This document shows, in pieces, positions 1-10,082 of a stretch of DNA of 64,000 nt. The notes under the pieces are model-generated. The model saw only the letters and a program-made list of their open reading frames with translations. It did not search any database and had not been told where the DNA came from. This stretch comes from Candidatus Micrarchaeota archaeon (GTDB lineage: Archaea; Micrarchaeota; Micrarchaeia; Anstonellales; Anstonellaceae): contig JAOAJY010000003.1 of assembly GCA_026413965.1 (NCBI GenBank), positions 27,727-91,726 on the forward strand. The letters run 5' to 3'. Positions within the stretch are counted from its first letter, which is position 1. Every line of letters begins with the position of its first letter. The translations under genes and the position numbers were made by a program.

Positions 1-240
1 CTCTTCTTTGGCTTCGTCGATTATCTTTTTTGCGGAAAGCTTGGCAGAAGTCAAACGCTCGGAGGATTCCTGCTTTGAGTACTCTATGGCTTCTCTTTTT
101 GCAGCCTTGACCGCAAGCTCGGCTTTTTCCTTGGCTTCAGCCTCTATTTTCTCAGCATTCTTCTCAGCTGAGTGCACAATCTTGCGGGCTTCAGCCTCTG
201 CGCTTTTGTGAAGCTCGCTTGCCAAATCCTCAAATCCCAT
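1..240 (-). CDS. atpE: A/V-type ATP synthase subunit E (N-terminal part; runs off the window start)
   Basis: ATG at 240 with GGAGG RBS; reads MGFEDLASELHKSAEAEARKIV..., an Ala/Glu/Lys coiled coil directly downstream of subunit K in the H-I-K-E order. Confidence 0.85.
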   Translation of the reverse strand, partial: MGFEDLASELHKSAEAEARKIVHSAEKNAEKIEAEAKEKAELAVKAAKREAIEYSKQESSERLTSAKLSAKKIIDEAKEE

Positions 241-288
241 GCAAACTCCTCCTTGCCTTCGCGCCAAGCTCGGCTTTCGGAACTGGGC

Positions 289-549
289 TTATGCATGGGC
301 AGCCGCTGCGGCAGCTCCGAGGTCGATTTTCCCAACCAGCAGGAAAGCGACCACAAAGCCAAGAAGCACTATCAGCTCAGGGAGAGCCATGTAGACAATC
401 AGCTTGAATGCCTCTTCGGGCTTCTCCGCAAGCACGCCCATCACTGAAGAGCCGATGGAGGCTTGCGCCCAAGCAGTGGCTATGGCTCCGCCAGCCATGG
501 CAACCGCGGCAGCAATCCCTATTGCACCTGCGTTCTCAAACCATACCAT
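289..549 (-). CDS. atpK: A/V-type ATP synthase proteolipid subunit K (c), single hairpin
   Basis: Two hydrophobic helices, AWAQ..IG, EKPE loop, ion-binding Glu in ALPE. Confidence 0.95.
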   Translation of the reverse strand: MVWFENAGAIGIAAAVAMAGGAIATAWAQASIGSSVMGVLAEKPEEAFKLIVYMALPELIVLLGFVVAFLLVGKIDLGAAAAAAHA

Positions 550-583
550 ATTTCACACCTCTTGTCTTTAGGGCAAATGCCCA

Positions 584-2470
584 TTAGCGCGAATCGCTTG
601 CCTCCTGAGAATAAACCCTCTGCGCAGAAAAGGGGGAGAAGCGGATGCCGTTCCCCTTGTAAAACTTGCCGAAGAACTCCACCACATTGAGCCTTGCCCC
701 ATGCACAAATGACTCGAACATGGCAAGCAGGCAGGAGAAAAGGTGGGCGGCAAGATAAAGCGCGGATGTTATGAGGAACAAAAGCGCGCCCATAGGAGAA
801 AGCTCAAGCCTTGGAAGCAGAAGCTCGTTTATGGCTTCTGCCAGTATGACGCCTCCCACTCCGACTGCGGCAATACGTATGTAGGACATTATGTTGGACG
901 CAAGCCCTGGGATTTCCAGCGCCGCTATTGCGCCCTCAGTTGCGACCATGGCGGCAACAGACAAGGCAAAAAGCCCTGCGGCAGGCGCCAAAAATTCCGC
1001 AAAAGCCCCGAACATGCCGCCTGCAACCAGGAAAAATCCAGATATTTCCACTCCAAGCCAGCAGAGCTTGGCGATGGCGTGCTTCTTCGAATGCCCCCAC
1101 TCGTTTATTGCCCCCAGAACAAACCCCAAAGCCAGATGGACCATACCAACCAGGATGCATATGAGCATCAGGGTAGTGATGGAGGAAACCCTGTGCAAGC
1201 CGTGGTAAAGCTCAATATGGCCAAGCCCCAAAAGCTCAAATATGTGGCTGTGGGTGAAGCCGAAATACTCGTCAAAAATCAGCCCGGCAGCAAAAGCAGG
1301 CATGGCGGAGATTCTCCATATTTTTGAAATCTGGTTAAGAAGGGTCCCTGGCTTGCTTTTCTTGACAAGAAAATGCGCAAGGAAGAAAGACACAAGAGCA
1401 TATCCTGCATCCCCAAGGATGAGGGCATAAAGGACGGGTATGGTCACAAAAAGTATAGCAGAAGGGTCAATTTCGCGGTAGTTGGTGGTTGACAAGAACT
1501 CGACAAGGAACTGGAAGGGAGAGGCTGGCTTTGGATTGGAAAGCTTTGTTGGAGGAAGGTCCGCATGCTCATCTACAGGAGCCTCTGACAGATGGATTTT
1601 CTTGCCGAATTTCTCCTTGAGCATGTGCTGAATTGAGCGCCATTTGGATTTTTCCACCCAGCCTTCCATGTAGTAAAGCGAGGCAGAGGCTCCAAACAGC
1701 GTGGATATCCTGGAGCGCTCTGATTGGATAGCCAAATCTTCCTCAAGGGCGACAAGGCGATGGTAGAAAGACTCCACGAAGCGGTTTATCTTTTTCTCGA
1801 CTGAGGACAGCCTTTCGCGGATTGCCTCCTCTTCGCCTTTCAGGAAGGAGAGCTCCTCTGAAGGCTTCCGCTGGAGCTTAGGCAGAGGCATGATGGAGCC
1901 GTATTTCTCAAGGAATTTCGCATCATCTTGCTTTGGCAGAGCGGCAAGCAAAACCTTGCCTCCTGGCAAAAAGGCCGCATTTTTCCTCCTTGAAAGCGCC
2001 TCTTGCGCCTGCTTTATCTTCTCCTCTGAAGACTTGAGAAGAAAGAATTGCAGGTGGGCTGAGGAAAGCTTTGAGAAATCAATGTCCAATCCTTCAAGCT
2101 CAGAGGCGGCTTTTTGAGAAGCCAGGCAGGCCTCCAGCTCTTTTGCCAAAGCCTCTTTCTGGCGCAAAAGCTCAAAGTAGCCATCTGACGCTGAAATTAT
2201 CTCGTCTGCCTCCAAAATTGGATTCTCTACAGTTATCTTCCTCTTTGGCTGCCTTGCGGCTCTGCCTATTGAATCAAGAATGGACTTTATTTTCAGATGC
2301 CTGCTGGATATTTCCTCAAAAGACGGCATGGGCCCTGCGCGGCTGAAATTCGGAAGCTCTGCCTCTTTTAGATGGATGGCGGAGATGTTGTGCAGGAATC
2401 TGATTACCGAAGGCGCGATTGCCTTCATGCAGACTATCCTGATTTTTGACATTTCCACTGGCTTGAGCAT
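584..2470 (-). CDS. atpI: A/V-type ATP synthase subunit I (a)
   Basis: MLKPVEMSK start, PTKLSNP, EIDP, GDAGY, SNIMSYIRI, HGARLNVVEFFGKFY motifs. Confidence 0.96.
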   Translation of the reverse strand: MLKPVEMSKIRIVCMKAIAPSVIRFLHNISAIHLKEAELPNFSRAGPMPSFEEISSRHLKIKSILDSIGRAARQPKRKITVENPILEADEIISASDGYFELLRQKEALAKELEACLASQKAASELEGLDIDFSKLSSAHLQFFLLKSSEEKIKQAQEALSRRKNAAFLPGGKVLLAALPKQDDAKFLEKYGSIMPLPKLQRKPSEELSFLKGEEEAIRERLSSVEKKINRFVESFYHRLVALEEDLAIQSERSRISTLFGASASLYYMEGWVEKSKWRSIQHMLKEKFGKKIHLSEAPVDEHADLPPTKLSNPKPASPFQFLVEFLSTTNYREIDPSAILFVTIPVLYALILGDAGYALVSFFLAHFLVKKSKPGTLLNQISKIWRISAMPAFAAGLIFDEYFGFTHSHIFELLGLGHIELYHGLHRVSSITTLMLICILVGMVHLALGFVLGAINEWGHSKKHAIAKLCWLGVEISGFFLVAGGMFGAFAEFLAPAAGLFALSVAAMVATEGAIAALEIPGLASNIMSYIRIAAVGVGGVILAEAINELLLPRLELSPMGALLFLITSALYLAAHLFSCLLAMFESFVHGARLNVVEFFGKFYKGNGIRFSPFSAQRVYSQEASDSR

Positions 2471-2482
2471 ATACGCCTCTTT

Positions 2483-2845
2483 TCACAAAATCTTTTGCGC
2501 AAGAAGCTCTGCGTCCTTTTGGGAAAGAGACTTTGAGCGGATTTTTTCAGCCTGCCTCTTTGCCTCGCCTATTATTTTCCCAACCTGCTCGTCAGTTTCC
2601 TGGCGAGCCTTGGCAAGAGCCTCGTTTTTTGCCTCAACAGACTTTTCTGAAGCCTTGGCTGCTATCTGGACCGCCTTTTCCCTTGCTTCTGCTTCTATCT
2701 GCGCAGCTTTCTTTTTAGCCTCTTCAATGATGGACTGGGCATTTGCCTCAGCCTGCTTGAGCGCATTTATCTGAGAAAGGAAGTCGTCTGCATGCGCATG
2801 GCGGTGCGCGTTGGCTTTGGCTGAAGCATTGCTCACTTGACACAC
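2483..2845 (-). CDS. atpH: A/V-type ATP synthase subunit H (peripheral stalk)
   Basis: Charged coiled coil (LKQAEANAQSIIEEAKKKA) upstream of atpI; true start may be the GTG at 2836 after GAGGTG. Confidence 0.8.
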   Translation of the reverse strand: MCQVSNASAKANAHRHAHADDFLSQINALKQAEANAQSIIEEAKKKAAQIEAEAREKAVQIAAKASEKSVEAKNEALAKARQETDEQVGKIIGEAKRQAEKIRSKSLSQKDAELLAQKIL

Positions 2846-2916
2846 CTCTCCTGAAAAGATGCAAAAGTGCCACTAATACGATACATTTGTTTTTAAATCT
2901 GCCGTTCGGCGGCTTT

Positions 2917-4866
2917 TCACTGAGGCTGGGGAGGCGGATTGGGCGGAGGAGGCGGTGGTGGGAATTTTTCGTTTATCAGCTTCAGCACATTTTCCTCATT
3001 ATAAACAAAATCCTTTCGCTGGCTTGCCTCTTGCAAAATAGCATTCTGCTGGTCTGGAGTCAGCGCGAAAAATTTGGCGGCTGCATTATTCTGGTCGGAA
3101 GAGCTGTAAGTTCCAATAAGGAATGCGTCAAGGCTGACGTAGTTTGAACGGAGATTGATATTCACGATGTCCCTTATGTATTCAATGACTTTCTTGCCGT
3201 CAATTGATGTGAAAAGCTCAATCGCAGTTTGAGGGTCATCAGCATCCCTTGCCAAACAAGTATCTGTTAGTTCCTTCAATGCTGATGTTGAGTAAGATGG
3301 CAAGGAGATGTTGGAGAAGAGTTCTAAGTCCAGGTCGTCAGAGTCCGGAACGGTTATTTTTCCGAGCCCGAGCTTAACCATTTCCATTCTAATATGGTAG
3401 TTGATTAAATAATAAAGCGGCTTTTGGTCAGCCAAATCTTTAGGGACGATTGTGGCAAATTCCTGCGTCTCTTTGTTCCATTTGCTATTGATGAAAACAG
3501 CAAGATCGTTCAAATCATCTTCGCCAAAACTAACTTTTATAAAACCAAACCTCCACCACCAATATCCCTTAAGCACCCCATCTGCTTGGCCAGAAAGCGA
3601 CCAAGATTCAATTTTGCCATTTTCATCGAATTTGGGCACTATAAATCCGCTTTTGTAGAGGAAATCGCATATTTTTTCGTTTCCAATCAGGAAAAGGTTG
3701 CCAACAAAATCCTCCCCAACCCTAAGCGGATACTTTCGGGCATGCTCCATCAATTTTTCAACAGAATACAAGCCTGATTCGTCTTTTATGCCCTGTATGC
3801 CATTTATGAAGTTTTTGAATTTGCTTTTTTGGCTCTCATCTTCCAAATTAAAACCAAAAAATCTGGCAACCGCTTCCACTTTGGAATCCCCAAGAAAATC
3901 ATCGAGATTGGCGTATTTCCCTTTCTGTTTTTGGACATCCAAAGCATCCTGGCTGGAAAGAAAGCTGCGCATGGCAGCCAGCAGCTTGGAATTGTCAATG
4001 CTTCCGCTATCGCTGTGTATGTCCTGAGACTTTGCGTACTCCATAAATTTGTCTCTAAGCCCAAGCTCATCTATTTTTGCAAGTTCATCCTTGACCTCCT
4101 GCAAGCTTGGGTCTTGGCTGTTCTTCAATCCATCCAAATATGCCCCATCCAGGACCGCTTTTGAAGGGGCGCTTGATTTTTCAACAAAAAACTCCGATGC
4201 AGTATGTGAGATGCTGCTGAGCCACATCGAGTGAAACCGCTCTCCGTTTCGGCTGCTTGTTGTGGCTTGAGCAAGAAAGCCCTGCCTGATGAACTTGTCC
4301 ACGAAATTTTTCGCTTTTTCCTCAGGAGTGCTTCCTTGCAAATCTGAAGGGCTCACCATGCCAAGATATTTTTGCCCCCTATAAGCCTGCGGAAGCAGGG
4401 CATGAAAAACCGCTTTTTGATTGGCATCCATGGACTGGTGGTTCCAATCCGCATTCAGCACCCCAAGCTCCTTCATCTTAGAGAGCGCCATATTTGCATA
4501 CCGCTCTGCAATGTCCGCATTTATCCGCAGGTCTTTGAAGCGGAACTGCGAGCCTGAGCGCTCATCCATTGAAACTAGTGCAACAAGAAGCTCAGGGGAG
4601 TTTTGGAGCAAGTATTCCAGAGTTTTGTACTGCCCAGGGCGCCTCTCCATTTGATCTAGGATGCCCAAAACAAGATCTTTGTTTTTGTCGCTAAGCAGGC
4701 TTTGGATGTAATTGAGCCCTTTTATCTCAGACTCAAGGGCTCTTTTGCGCTCCTGGCTTGGAGGGGAAGCGGAATTATGAAGCTCCTGAAGCCGGATATT
4801 GATTTGGTGATTCAATTGCTGTTCAAGCTCGCTTATTTTTTGGGCATTCGCCTGAAAAGCCAGCAT
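2917..4866 (-). CDS. Hypothetical 649-aa protein with a Pro-rich C-terminal tail
   Basis: Long ORF, GGTGA RBS, ends PPPPPPPNPPPQPQ; no recognised family. Confidence 0.75.
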   Translation of the reverse strand: MLAFQANAQKISELEQQLNHQINIRLQELHNSASPPSQERKRALESEIKGLNYIQSLLSDKNKDLVLGILDQMERRPGQYKTLEYLLQNSPELLVALVSMDERSGSQFRFKDLRINADIAERYANMALSKMKELGVLNADWNHQSMDANQKAVFHALLPQAYRGQKYLGMVSPSDLQGSTPEEKAKNFVDKFIRQGFLAQATTSSRNGERFHSMWLSSISHTASEFFVEKSSAPSKAVLDGAYLDGLKNSQDPSLQEVKDELAKIDELGLRDKFMEYAKSQDIHSDSGSIDNSKLLAAMRSFLSSQDALDVQKQKGKYANLDDFLGDSKVEAVARFFGFNLEDESQKSKFKNFINGIQGIKDESGLYSVEKLMEHARKYPLRVGEDFVGNLFLIGNEKICDFLYKSGFIVPKFDENGKIESWSLSGQADGVLKGYWWWRFGFIKVSFGEDDLNDLAVFINSKWNKETQEFATIVPKDLADQKPLYYLINYHIRMEMVKLGLGKITVPDSDDLDLELFSNISLPSYSTSALKELTDTCLARDADDPQTAIELFTSIDGKKVIEYIRDIVNINLRSNYVSLDAFLIGTYSSSDQNNAAAKFFALTPDQQNAILQEASQRKDFVYNEENVLKLINEKFPPPPPPPNPPPQPQ

Positions 4867-4989
4867 GCGGCACTCACCTTATTGAATTCTGAAGAAAAAA
4901 TATTTTAATTAGTGGCGTACAGTGGATTTGGAATTTGCCTAAGCGCAAAAAGGCAAGCAGATTAAAAGTGTTTATTTCCCAATCCTTGC

Positions 4990-6954
4990 ATGCAGGATTT
5001 TCAGAGCAAAGAAGGAAAGAACAAGGCTTCTGGAATGGCTTATGGCGAGGCCAAAAGGATTATTGATGGTGCCGGTTTTTTGCAAAGGCCCTCTTGCCCT
5101 GATGCGGTAATCCGCGAGGCAATCAAGGCGAAAAATCCAAGGGAAGCTGCCGGAAATGTGAGATCGGCTCTTGACAAAATAGCAAGGTTTTCAGGAGAAA
5201 GAGCAAAACATGCTTTTGGCGCCCTTGAAAATGAGGATATTGCAAGGCTGTTTGTTTCAAATCCTAATGCTTTTGCCGACATCGCAAATGCGGTTGGAGA
5301 GAATGCAGAAACTGTTTTTTACGCCCTTAACACCAAGGCAATAAAAGAGATGTTTGAGAAGAATCCTAAAGAATTAGCCTGGGCATTAAGCCAGATTGCA
5401 AAAGCTGGCGGAAAGGATGCTTTTCGCTTTTTCTATCTTCTTTTTGACGAAACATACGCTAATATGCTAAAAAATAATCCTGAGGCGATGGTTGAAACGT
5501 TTTTTGAAATTGCAAAGGCAGACCAGCAAGGTTTTGACACTCTGATTATTATGGGTGCTCTTAGAAATGAAAGAATTCAGGCTTTGTTTGAGAAGAAAAG
5601 GCGCAAAACGGTAAAAGCCCTCATTGATGTTGCAATGAAAATGGGGCAGGATGCCTGGCGCGCTTTTGACGCCCTTGCGAATGAAGCAGTTCCAGAGAAA
5701 TTTTTTGAGGACTACCTGGAAGGCAAAAAATCGTTTGAATGCTTAACCTTGGCAATAAAGAGCTCAGACACATATGCAATAGAGGTTGGAAGAATGCTTG
5801 ATGATCTGCACGACAACGAGCCTGCAAGAAGGAAATATCTTGCCTCTCTTTCAAAAGAAGATGTCCTTGCTTTGCTTCTTTCCAATCCAGAGTTTTTCTA
5901 CACTTCCACCAACCACATGCTTTTTGACCGCCTCAACAAAGATTTCAAGCCAGGAGAGCTTGCGGAATACTTGAAGAATATTGGGGTTGAAGGCACAGAA
6001 TTGCACAGGAACCTGATTTTCAGGGCGATAAACTATGACAGGCTATATGGAAAGAAGAACTCAATTTTCAATGGAGAGAGCCTTATCAGCATCTTGGACA
6101 GCCTGCTTGCCCCCCTGAATTCTGGATATGACGCAAGATATTACTATTTGCTTGCTAATGCTCTTGAAAGATTTGACGAGAAAAGCAAACGCTATATAGC
6201 AAAAAAAATAGTCCGGGAACAAGCCAGGATGATTTCTTCCTCTGAAGAGAAAGACGAAAGAAAATGGGTGGCCTTGAATTTCCTTATCCGGAATATGAAC
6301 CAGCAAGAGAAAAACGTGTTTGACGCAAGCAAGTATAAAGACAGAGACGGCAAGCTGCTTGTGGTCCAAATATTTGACAAGGACGACACTGGAAAGGACC
6401 ATTGGTTCCTTTCGCAGAAATGGTTCTCCAAATACGCAAAGCCAAAAAAAGGATCAGATGGCGAGCTGATATATGAAACGGCAGATGCAAGAATTGTGCT
6501 TTTCATGGGGGAGACGGAAAAGGACAACCAGGACTTTTTGAGGAAAATTCTTGACAGAGCCGATGGATTTATTTTGGCTTTCAGGGGGCACAGCTACAGC
6601 CTCAAGCGCAATATCCCTCCTGAGATTTTTGGAAACCTGAAAAAGGATGTGCTTTTTATTCCAGGAAGCTGCGGAAGCTCAGCAGCCATTCCTGAATACA
6701 TGGACACCAATCCGAACACGGCATTTGAGTTTATTGCGAATACCTCAACTGGAAGGGGGCAGGTGACTAACGCTCTTTTGGAAATTCTGATCAGACAAGC
6801 AGCAAATGGAAAGAAGATAACCGTTGAAGAAATAATAAGGAGCAACTCGATTGCTATCCAAAAGAACGGAGGAGACCCTGAAACCCTCTGGATAGGCACT
6901 TTGGGTGAGAAGCTCATAAAGCATGTCAATTCGGCAGGCTATTTTCCGGATTAG
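4990..6954 (+). CDS. Helical-repeat protein with a putative clan CD (caspase/CHAT/gingipain-like) cysteine peptidase domain
   Basis: About five ~35-aa N-terminal repeats; C-terminal ILAFRGHSY and LFIPGSCGS motifs with His-Cys dyad spacing. Confidence 0.55.
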   Translation: MQDFQSKEGKNKASGMAYGEAKRIIDGAGFLQRPSCPDAVIREAIKAKNPREAAGNVRSALDKIARFSGERAKHAFGALENEDIARLFVSNPNAFADIANAVGENAETVFYALNTKAIKEMFEKNPKELAWALSQIAKAGGKDAFRFFYLLFDETYANMLKNNPEAMVETFFEIAKADQQGFDTLIIMGALRNERIQALFEKKRRKTVKALIDVAMKMGQDAWRAFDALANEAVPEKFFEDYLEGKKSFECLTLAIKSSDTYAIEVGRMLDDLHDNEPARRKYLASLSKEDVLALLLSNPEFFYTSTNHMLFDRLNKDFKPGELAEYLKNIGVEGTELHRNLIFRAINYDRLYGKKNSIFNGESLISILDSLLAPLNSGYDARYYYLLANALERFDEKSKRYIAKKIVREQARMISSSEEKDERKWVALNFLIRNMNQQEKNVFDASKYKDRDGKLLVVQIFDKDDTGKDHWFLSQKWFSKYAKPKKGSDGELIYETADARIVLFMGETEKDNQDFLRKILDRADGFILAFRGHSYSLKRNIPPEIFGNLKKDVLFIPGSCGSSAAIPEYMDTNPNTAFEFIANTSTGRGQVTNALLEILIRQAANGKKITVEEIIRSNSIAIQKNGGDPETLWIGTLGEKLIKHVNSAGYFPD

Positions 6955-7499
6955 AGCCCAAGCTCCCTTATTATCCTTGAAGTCTTTGCCATGCGCTCGT
7001 CTGCCCTCACGCCAACAAGATGCACTGATTTGCATGGGGAGGGAAGTGGAAACGGCTTTTGGTCGTAGCCAAATGCCACTATGTCAGGGCCCACTCTCCA
7101 AAAAGTCTCCATGATGTCTTTTGAGCCTATTATCGCCAAATCCACAGGCTTGAGGCAGGAAACCATGGCGCGCCTGTATTCTGATGGGTGGATGGGCTTC
7201 TTGCCCTTCAATTTCTCCACGCGCTCATCGGTTGCGACCACCACCACAAGCAAGTCTGCAAGCTTCTTTGCCTCCTGCAAGGTGAGGATATGCCCAATAT
7301 GAAGGACATCAAAAACTCCGCCGGTGAGGCAGACCTTGAAGCCTTCGCGATGATGCTTGGCAAGCCAATATCTTCCGCCTTCGCGCCTCTCCAAAGCCTC
7401 CTTGTCTTCTCTGCTCAGCTTGGAGTATTCCTCTTGGCTTATGCCATTTTCTTTGACAGACAGAAGGTAAAGCTCCTTTGCGTCCATAAAACCACGCAA
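6951..7499 (-). CDS. ribL: Cytidylyltransferase-family nucleotidyltransferase, probable archaeal FAD synthetase
   Basis: GGVFDVLHIGH, VATD, KPVD, GYDQ and KTSRII motifs; short N-terminal extension. Confidence 0.75.
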   Translation of the reverse strand: MRGFMDAKELYLLSVKENGISQEEYSKLSREDKEALERREGGRYWLAKHHREGFKVCLTGGVFDVLHIGHILTLQEAKKLADLLVVVVATDERVEKLKGKKPIHPSEYRRAMVSCLKPVDLAIIGSKDIMETFWRVGPDIVAFGYDQKPFPLPSPCKSVHLVGVRADERMAKTSRIIRELGL

Positions 7500-7501
7500 A
7501 T

Positions 7502-8812
7502 CTAAGGATAGACGCGGTTTATCGTGCGAGGAAATGGTATGGCGTCGCGGATGTGGTCAAGGTTCAGCATCCACTTCACAAGCCTCTCTATCCCAAGGCC
7601 GAAGCCAGAGTGGGGGAATGGGCCGTATCTTCGCAGATCTATGTACCACTCGTAATCCTTGGGGTTGAGGTTGTTCTCTTTCAGCCTGCGCATAAGCTCA
7701 TCATACTCCCAAATCCTCTCTGAGCCGCCGATTATCTCTCCGTGAGCCTCAGGCGCAAGCACATCGGCGTTCAGGACCGTCCCTGGATTGCTTGGGTCCT
7801 CGCGCATGTAGAAGGCTTTGATTTCTTTCGGGAAATTGGTGACAAAAACGGGCTTCTCCTCGTCTTTTGTGAGCAAAGCCTCCTCATCTGCGCCCAAATC
7901 CTGTCCCTTTTTGATGTTTGCCCCGCTTCTTGCGGCGATTTCCACCGCTTCCTCATAAGTCATCCGCTTGAAGGGAGCACGCACGGCTTTGAGCTTTTCA
8001 GGCTGCCTGCCTATAGCCAAAAGAAGGTCAGGATGGCTGTCTGCCATTTTTTGGCAAACGTACTCCAGCATGCGCTCCTGAAGGCGCATGTTCATCTTCT
8101 GGTCGTAGAACGCCATCTCAGGCTCCAAGTGCCAGTACTCGCACAAGTGCCTCACTGTCCTTGAAGGCTCTGCCCTGAAAGAGGGGGCAAGCACATAGAC
8201 GTTTTCAAGCGCGGTGGTGAAAACCTCAGCATAAAGCTGGCTTGACTGGGTAAGGTAGGCTTTTTCCCCAAAATAGCTTATCTCAAAAAGCGTGGAGCCG
8301 CCTTCGCAGGCTGCGCCCGTGATTATGGGCGGGGCAAGCTCCCAGAATCCCTCCTTCTCAAAAAACTCCCTAAGATAAAATATTATCTTGTGCCTAGCTT
8401 TCATTATGTTGGTGAGGCGCTGGCTGCGCAGCCATAGGTGGCGCGTGTCCAAAAGGAACTCTACTGACTGGTCCTTTGCGATTGGGAAAGGCTCGCCTTG
8501 AGCCACTAGCTTCACAGATGAGGCGGAAATTTCGTACCCGCCCGGAGCCCGCGCGTCCTGCTTCACAACCCCCTCCACCAATATGGTGGATTCTATGTAT
8601 GCCTGGGAGGCTGAAATGAACGAGCTTTCCCCTACTGCATCCTTTTTGATTGCGCACTGCACTACGCCTGTGGAGTCGCGCACCACCAAAAAGCAGATGC
8701 CTCCGCTGGTGCGGCTTCTGTGCACCCATCCGCGTATCCTGACTTTGCTATTCGTGAGGGAACCTGAGAGTATGCTCCCAATCTTCGCAAAATCGGTCCC
8801 CAGCGCGTCCAT
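7502..8812 (-). CDS. asnS: Asparagine--tRNA ligase
   Basis: OB fold (RGWVHR), RHLWLRS, YLTQSSQLY, FRAEPSRT.RHL.EYW, GEIIGGSER, PHSGFGLGIER. Confidence 0.93.
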   Translation of the reverse strand: MDALGTDFAKIGSILSGSLTNSKVRIRGWVHRSRTSGGICFLVVRDSTGVVQCAIKKDAVGESSFISASQAYIESTILVEGVVKQDARAPGGYEISASSVKLVAQGEPFPIAKDQSVEFLLDTRHLWLRSQRLTNIMKARHKIIFYLREFFEKEGFWELAPPIITGAACEGGSTLFEISYFGEKAYLTQSSQLYAEVFTTALENVYVLAPSFRAEPSRTVRHLCEYWHLEPEMAFYDQKMNMRLQERMLEYVCQKMADSHPDLLLAIGRQPEKLKAVRAPFKRMTYEEAVEIAARSGANIKKGQDLGADEEALLTKDEEKPVFVTNFPKEIKAFYMREDPSNPGTVLNADVLAPEAHGEIIGGSERIWEYDELMRRLKENNLNPKDYEWYIDLRRYGPFPHSGFGLGIERLVKWMLNLDHIRDAIPFPRTINRVYP

Positions 8813-8851
8813 GGCATTACCTCCGAATTGATAAGGAAGAATAATATAAAA

Positions 8852-10051
8852 TCACCATCCATAGTATTTTGCCCGAGACTTGCCAAGCGCCTCCATGGCA
8901 GGCACGAACCCTTTTGCGAAAAAGCCAGGGGCGTTCAGCAGGACATTCAGCCCGACTTTGAGCTTGCCTGCCCAGCTTATTGAGGTCAAGTTTTTTGGTA
9001 TCAATTGCCCTATCTTGCTCAGCTCTTCATCCGAAAAATTGTAGAATGCCTTCTTGCCAAAGACCAGCTTTGAGTAATCCGGGAACTCCGCCCTCCACAG
9101 CCTTTCATACTCTGACAGGGCGGCTTTGTCAGTCCTCCCCCTGTGCAAAGCCTTGGCTGCTACCTCGGATGCGAACTTTGCCGAAGACATGGCAAGGCTG
9201 GTCCCGCCCTCAAACATGGGAGAAGTGAAGCCTGCGGCATCGCCAACCAGAAGCAGGCCATCTGAGTAGGTGTTGGCGACAGGCCCTGAGGCAGGAATCA
9301 TGCCCCCGAATGCCACCTTTCCCACTTTTCTTTTCTCCCTAAGCCCGTATTCGTCAATGAATTGCTCCAAATATTTTCTGGTGCCAGGCGGGTCATTTGT
9401 GACCAATCCCACATTCGCCCGGCTGCCCTTTTTTGGTATCACCCAAAGGTAGCCGTGCGGAGCCAGCCTGGGCCAAAGGAAGAAGTCTATGAAGCCATCC
9501 GATTCGATTGGGGAAAGCTCATACTGCAGCCCGACCACTGTCTGCGGAGGCTGGTTTAGGCCAAGCAGCTTTGAGGCCACGCCTGCCACTCCTGATGCGT
9601 CAATTATTATCTTCGCCTTATATTCGCCTTGGGTAGTGGAGACTTGCCACTTGCCATCATTTCTGGCAAGCCCGCTGACTCTGTGCCTGGTCTTGTAAGC
9701 CGCTCCAGCCTCTTGACCAAGCTTTGCCAAAAAGCGCTCAAACTTCTCCTTTTCCAGCGTGAAGCCTGGCTCCTCAATGTAGGAATATGAGCGGTTGGGC
9801 CATATCACCCTGATGCCTTTTGCCCTCATGGAGATTGCCTCCTCTGGAAGCTCAATCCCCAGCCTTTGGACAGCAAGCAGGGAGAGGCACTCACCGCAGT
9901 GCACCGGCTCGCCTATGCGCTCATGCTCCTCGAAAACCACAGTGCGCAAGCCTGACTTTGCGGCAGAATATGCCGCGTATGTGCCTGCAGGGCCGGCGCC
10001 AATTATTGCGATGTCAAACTCTTCCATCATTTCCCGATTTGGCTGAATCAA
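8852..10051 (-). CDS. Geranylgeranyl reductase family flavoprotein (DGGGPL reductase-like)
   Basis: GAGPAG FAD motif, PVHCGE, PHGYLWVIPK, VGDAAG..SPMFEGG. Confidence 0.85.
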   Translation of the reverse strand: MIQPNREMMEEFDIAIIGAGPAGTYAAYSAAKSGLRTVVFEEHERIGEPVHCGECLSLLAVQRLGIELPEEAISMRAKGIRVIWPNRSYSYIEEPGFTLEKEKFERFLAKLGQEAGAAYKTRHRVSGLARNDGKWQVSTTQGEYKAKIIIDASGVAGVASKLLGLNQPPQTVVGLQYELSPIESDGFIDFFLWPRLAPHGYLWVIPKKGSRANVGLVTNDPPGTRKYLEQFIDEYGLREKRKVGKVAFGGMIPASGPVANTYSDGLLLVGDAAGFTSPMFEGGTSLAMSSAKFASEVAAKALHRGRTDKAALSEYERLWRAEFPDYSKLVFGKKAFYNFSDEELSKIGQLIPKNLTSISWAGKLKVGLNVLLNAPGFFAKGFVPAMEALGKSRAKYYGW

Positions 10052-10082
10052 ATATAAAATTAGCTATTTGAAAGCGAAGTAG

